A stretch of DNA of 15,182 nucleotides, taken from NCBI GenBank assembly GCA_038883795.1, contig JAVZLK010000019.1, positions 1 to 15,182 of the forward strand, written 5' to 3'. The stretch is from Candidatus Bathyarchaeia archaeon (GTDB lineage: Archaea > Thermoproteota > Bathyarchaeia > Bathyarchaeales > Bathycorpusculaceae). The notes under the pieces are model-generated. The model worked only from the letters and a program-made list of their open reading frames with translations. It did no database searches and was not told the origin of the DNA. Positions 14,582 through 15,182 of the stretch are shown piece after piece. The translations under genes and the position numbers were made by a program. Every line of letters begins with the position of its first letter. Position 1 is the first letter of the stretch.

Positions 14582-15182
14582 TTATTTGCGTTTTCGGAAG
14601 AATAGTATGTCGTCTTTCTGGCAGACGTATTCGAAGCCTACTGAGAGCAGCTGTTTGATTTCTTCTTTGTTGTTTGTGGCTGTTACGGTGTATTCGTCGT
14701 CGTTGGTTAGTCCGAATATGGCTTGTTCGACTTGTATGTAGAGGAGTGTGTTTTCGAGGCTTGCGTGTCCGAGATACTCTTTTACGAGGAGTATGTTTTT
14801 TGTTTGGTGGTATAGTGTTGTTGCTTTCCAGTGTCTGAATGTGTGTAGGCTTATGCGTAGTAGTCGTGGGTTTTGTAGTTTTTGGCTTAGGCTTTTTCTT
14901 GTGTAGCAGTATGATGCTCTTATGGCGCGTGCGTTTGGGTTTCCGAAGATGTAGATGTTCCGTTTTGGCAGTGTGCTTAGCATTCCTGTTAGTCTTGTGC
15001 TGATTTTCCATATTCTTGGGTTGCTGCCCTTCTCTGGATTGTTTAGAGTGATTAGTCTTCTTTCTTCGTCTAAGTCTGTCCATTTGAGTTTGGTGGCTTC
15101 TCCTGAGCGCATGGCTGTTTCTTTTAGCAGGAGTAGAAAGGCTGCGAGTTTTCGGTGTGAACCTGCTATTAGGCTGTCAAGC
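14582..15182 (-). CDS. Tyrosine recombinase/integrase, catalytic domain (5' part outside the window)
   Basis: Frame open to the right edge: LDSLIAGSHRKLAAFLLLLKETAMRSGEA (R), PEKGS (K), HTFRH (HxxR), LGH, TLLY (Y); all catalytic residues are present. Confidence 0.95.
   Translation of the reverse strand, partial: LDSLIAGSHRKLAAFLLLLKETAMRSGEATKLKWTDLDEERRLITLNNPEKGSNPRIWKISTRLTGMLSTLPKRNIYIFGNPNARAIRASYCYTRKSLSQKLQNPRLLRISLHTFRHWKATTLYHQTKNILLVKEYLGHASLENTLLYIQVEQAIFGLTNDDEYTVTATNNKEEIKQLLSVGFEYVCQKDDILFFRKRK

Noticed and set aside
14397-15083. ORFs 14397-14741(+), 14526-15083(-) and the 14433 start for the 73-aa gene
   Set aside because: They overlap the tRNA or are alternate frames of the A/C-skewed integrase gene.

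Overview
Archaeal DNA, most like Bathyarchaeia (inference from GGTGA/GAGGTG ribosome-binding sites, a PEF-CTERM protein, an archaeal-type tRNA and the integrase type). I read the window as two neighbouring integrative elements. The left element (<1 to about 14028) has a leftward operon of RHH protein, ParB-like protein, hypothetical, 38-aa zinc ribbon, hypothetical and a zinc-ribbon tyrosine integrase. That integrase is missed by the ORF track, is frameshifted at codon 7 and runs off the left edge. The element also has a divergent wHTH regulator with a palindromic operator, a 141-bp dyad-symmetric non-coding site, and cargo: a 1685-aa secreted multidomain protein, a GNAT, an atypical thioredoxin reductase and a PEF-CTERM beta-helix protein. 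It ends at a 14-nt tRNA 5'-end fragment, a candidate att site. A small conserved-looking gene, an intact tRNA-Ser(GCT) and the catalytic half of a second integrase follow, with the integrase sitting directly upstream of the tRNA 5' end. The most unusual signals are (i) an ORF-free region of about 650 nt (11670-12313) holding an array of seven hairpins with variable sequence but conserved structure, each tagged by CATCAT/CATCCAT/CAATCAT, followed by nested multi-branch stems; (ii) geometry suggesting integration at tRNA 5' ends; and (iii) the dyad centred on TTTGCGCGCGCAAA. All structures were found by eye; no searches or folding programs were run.
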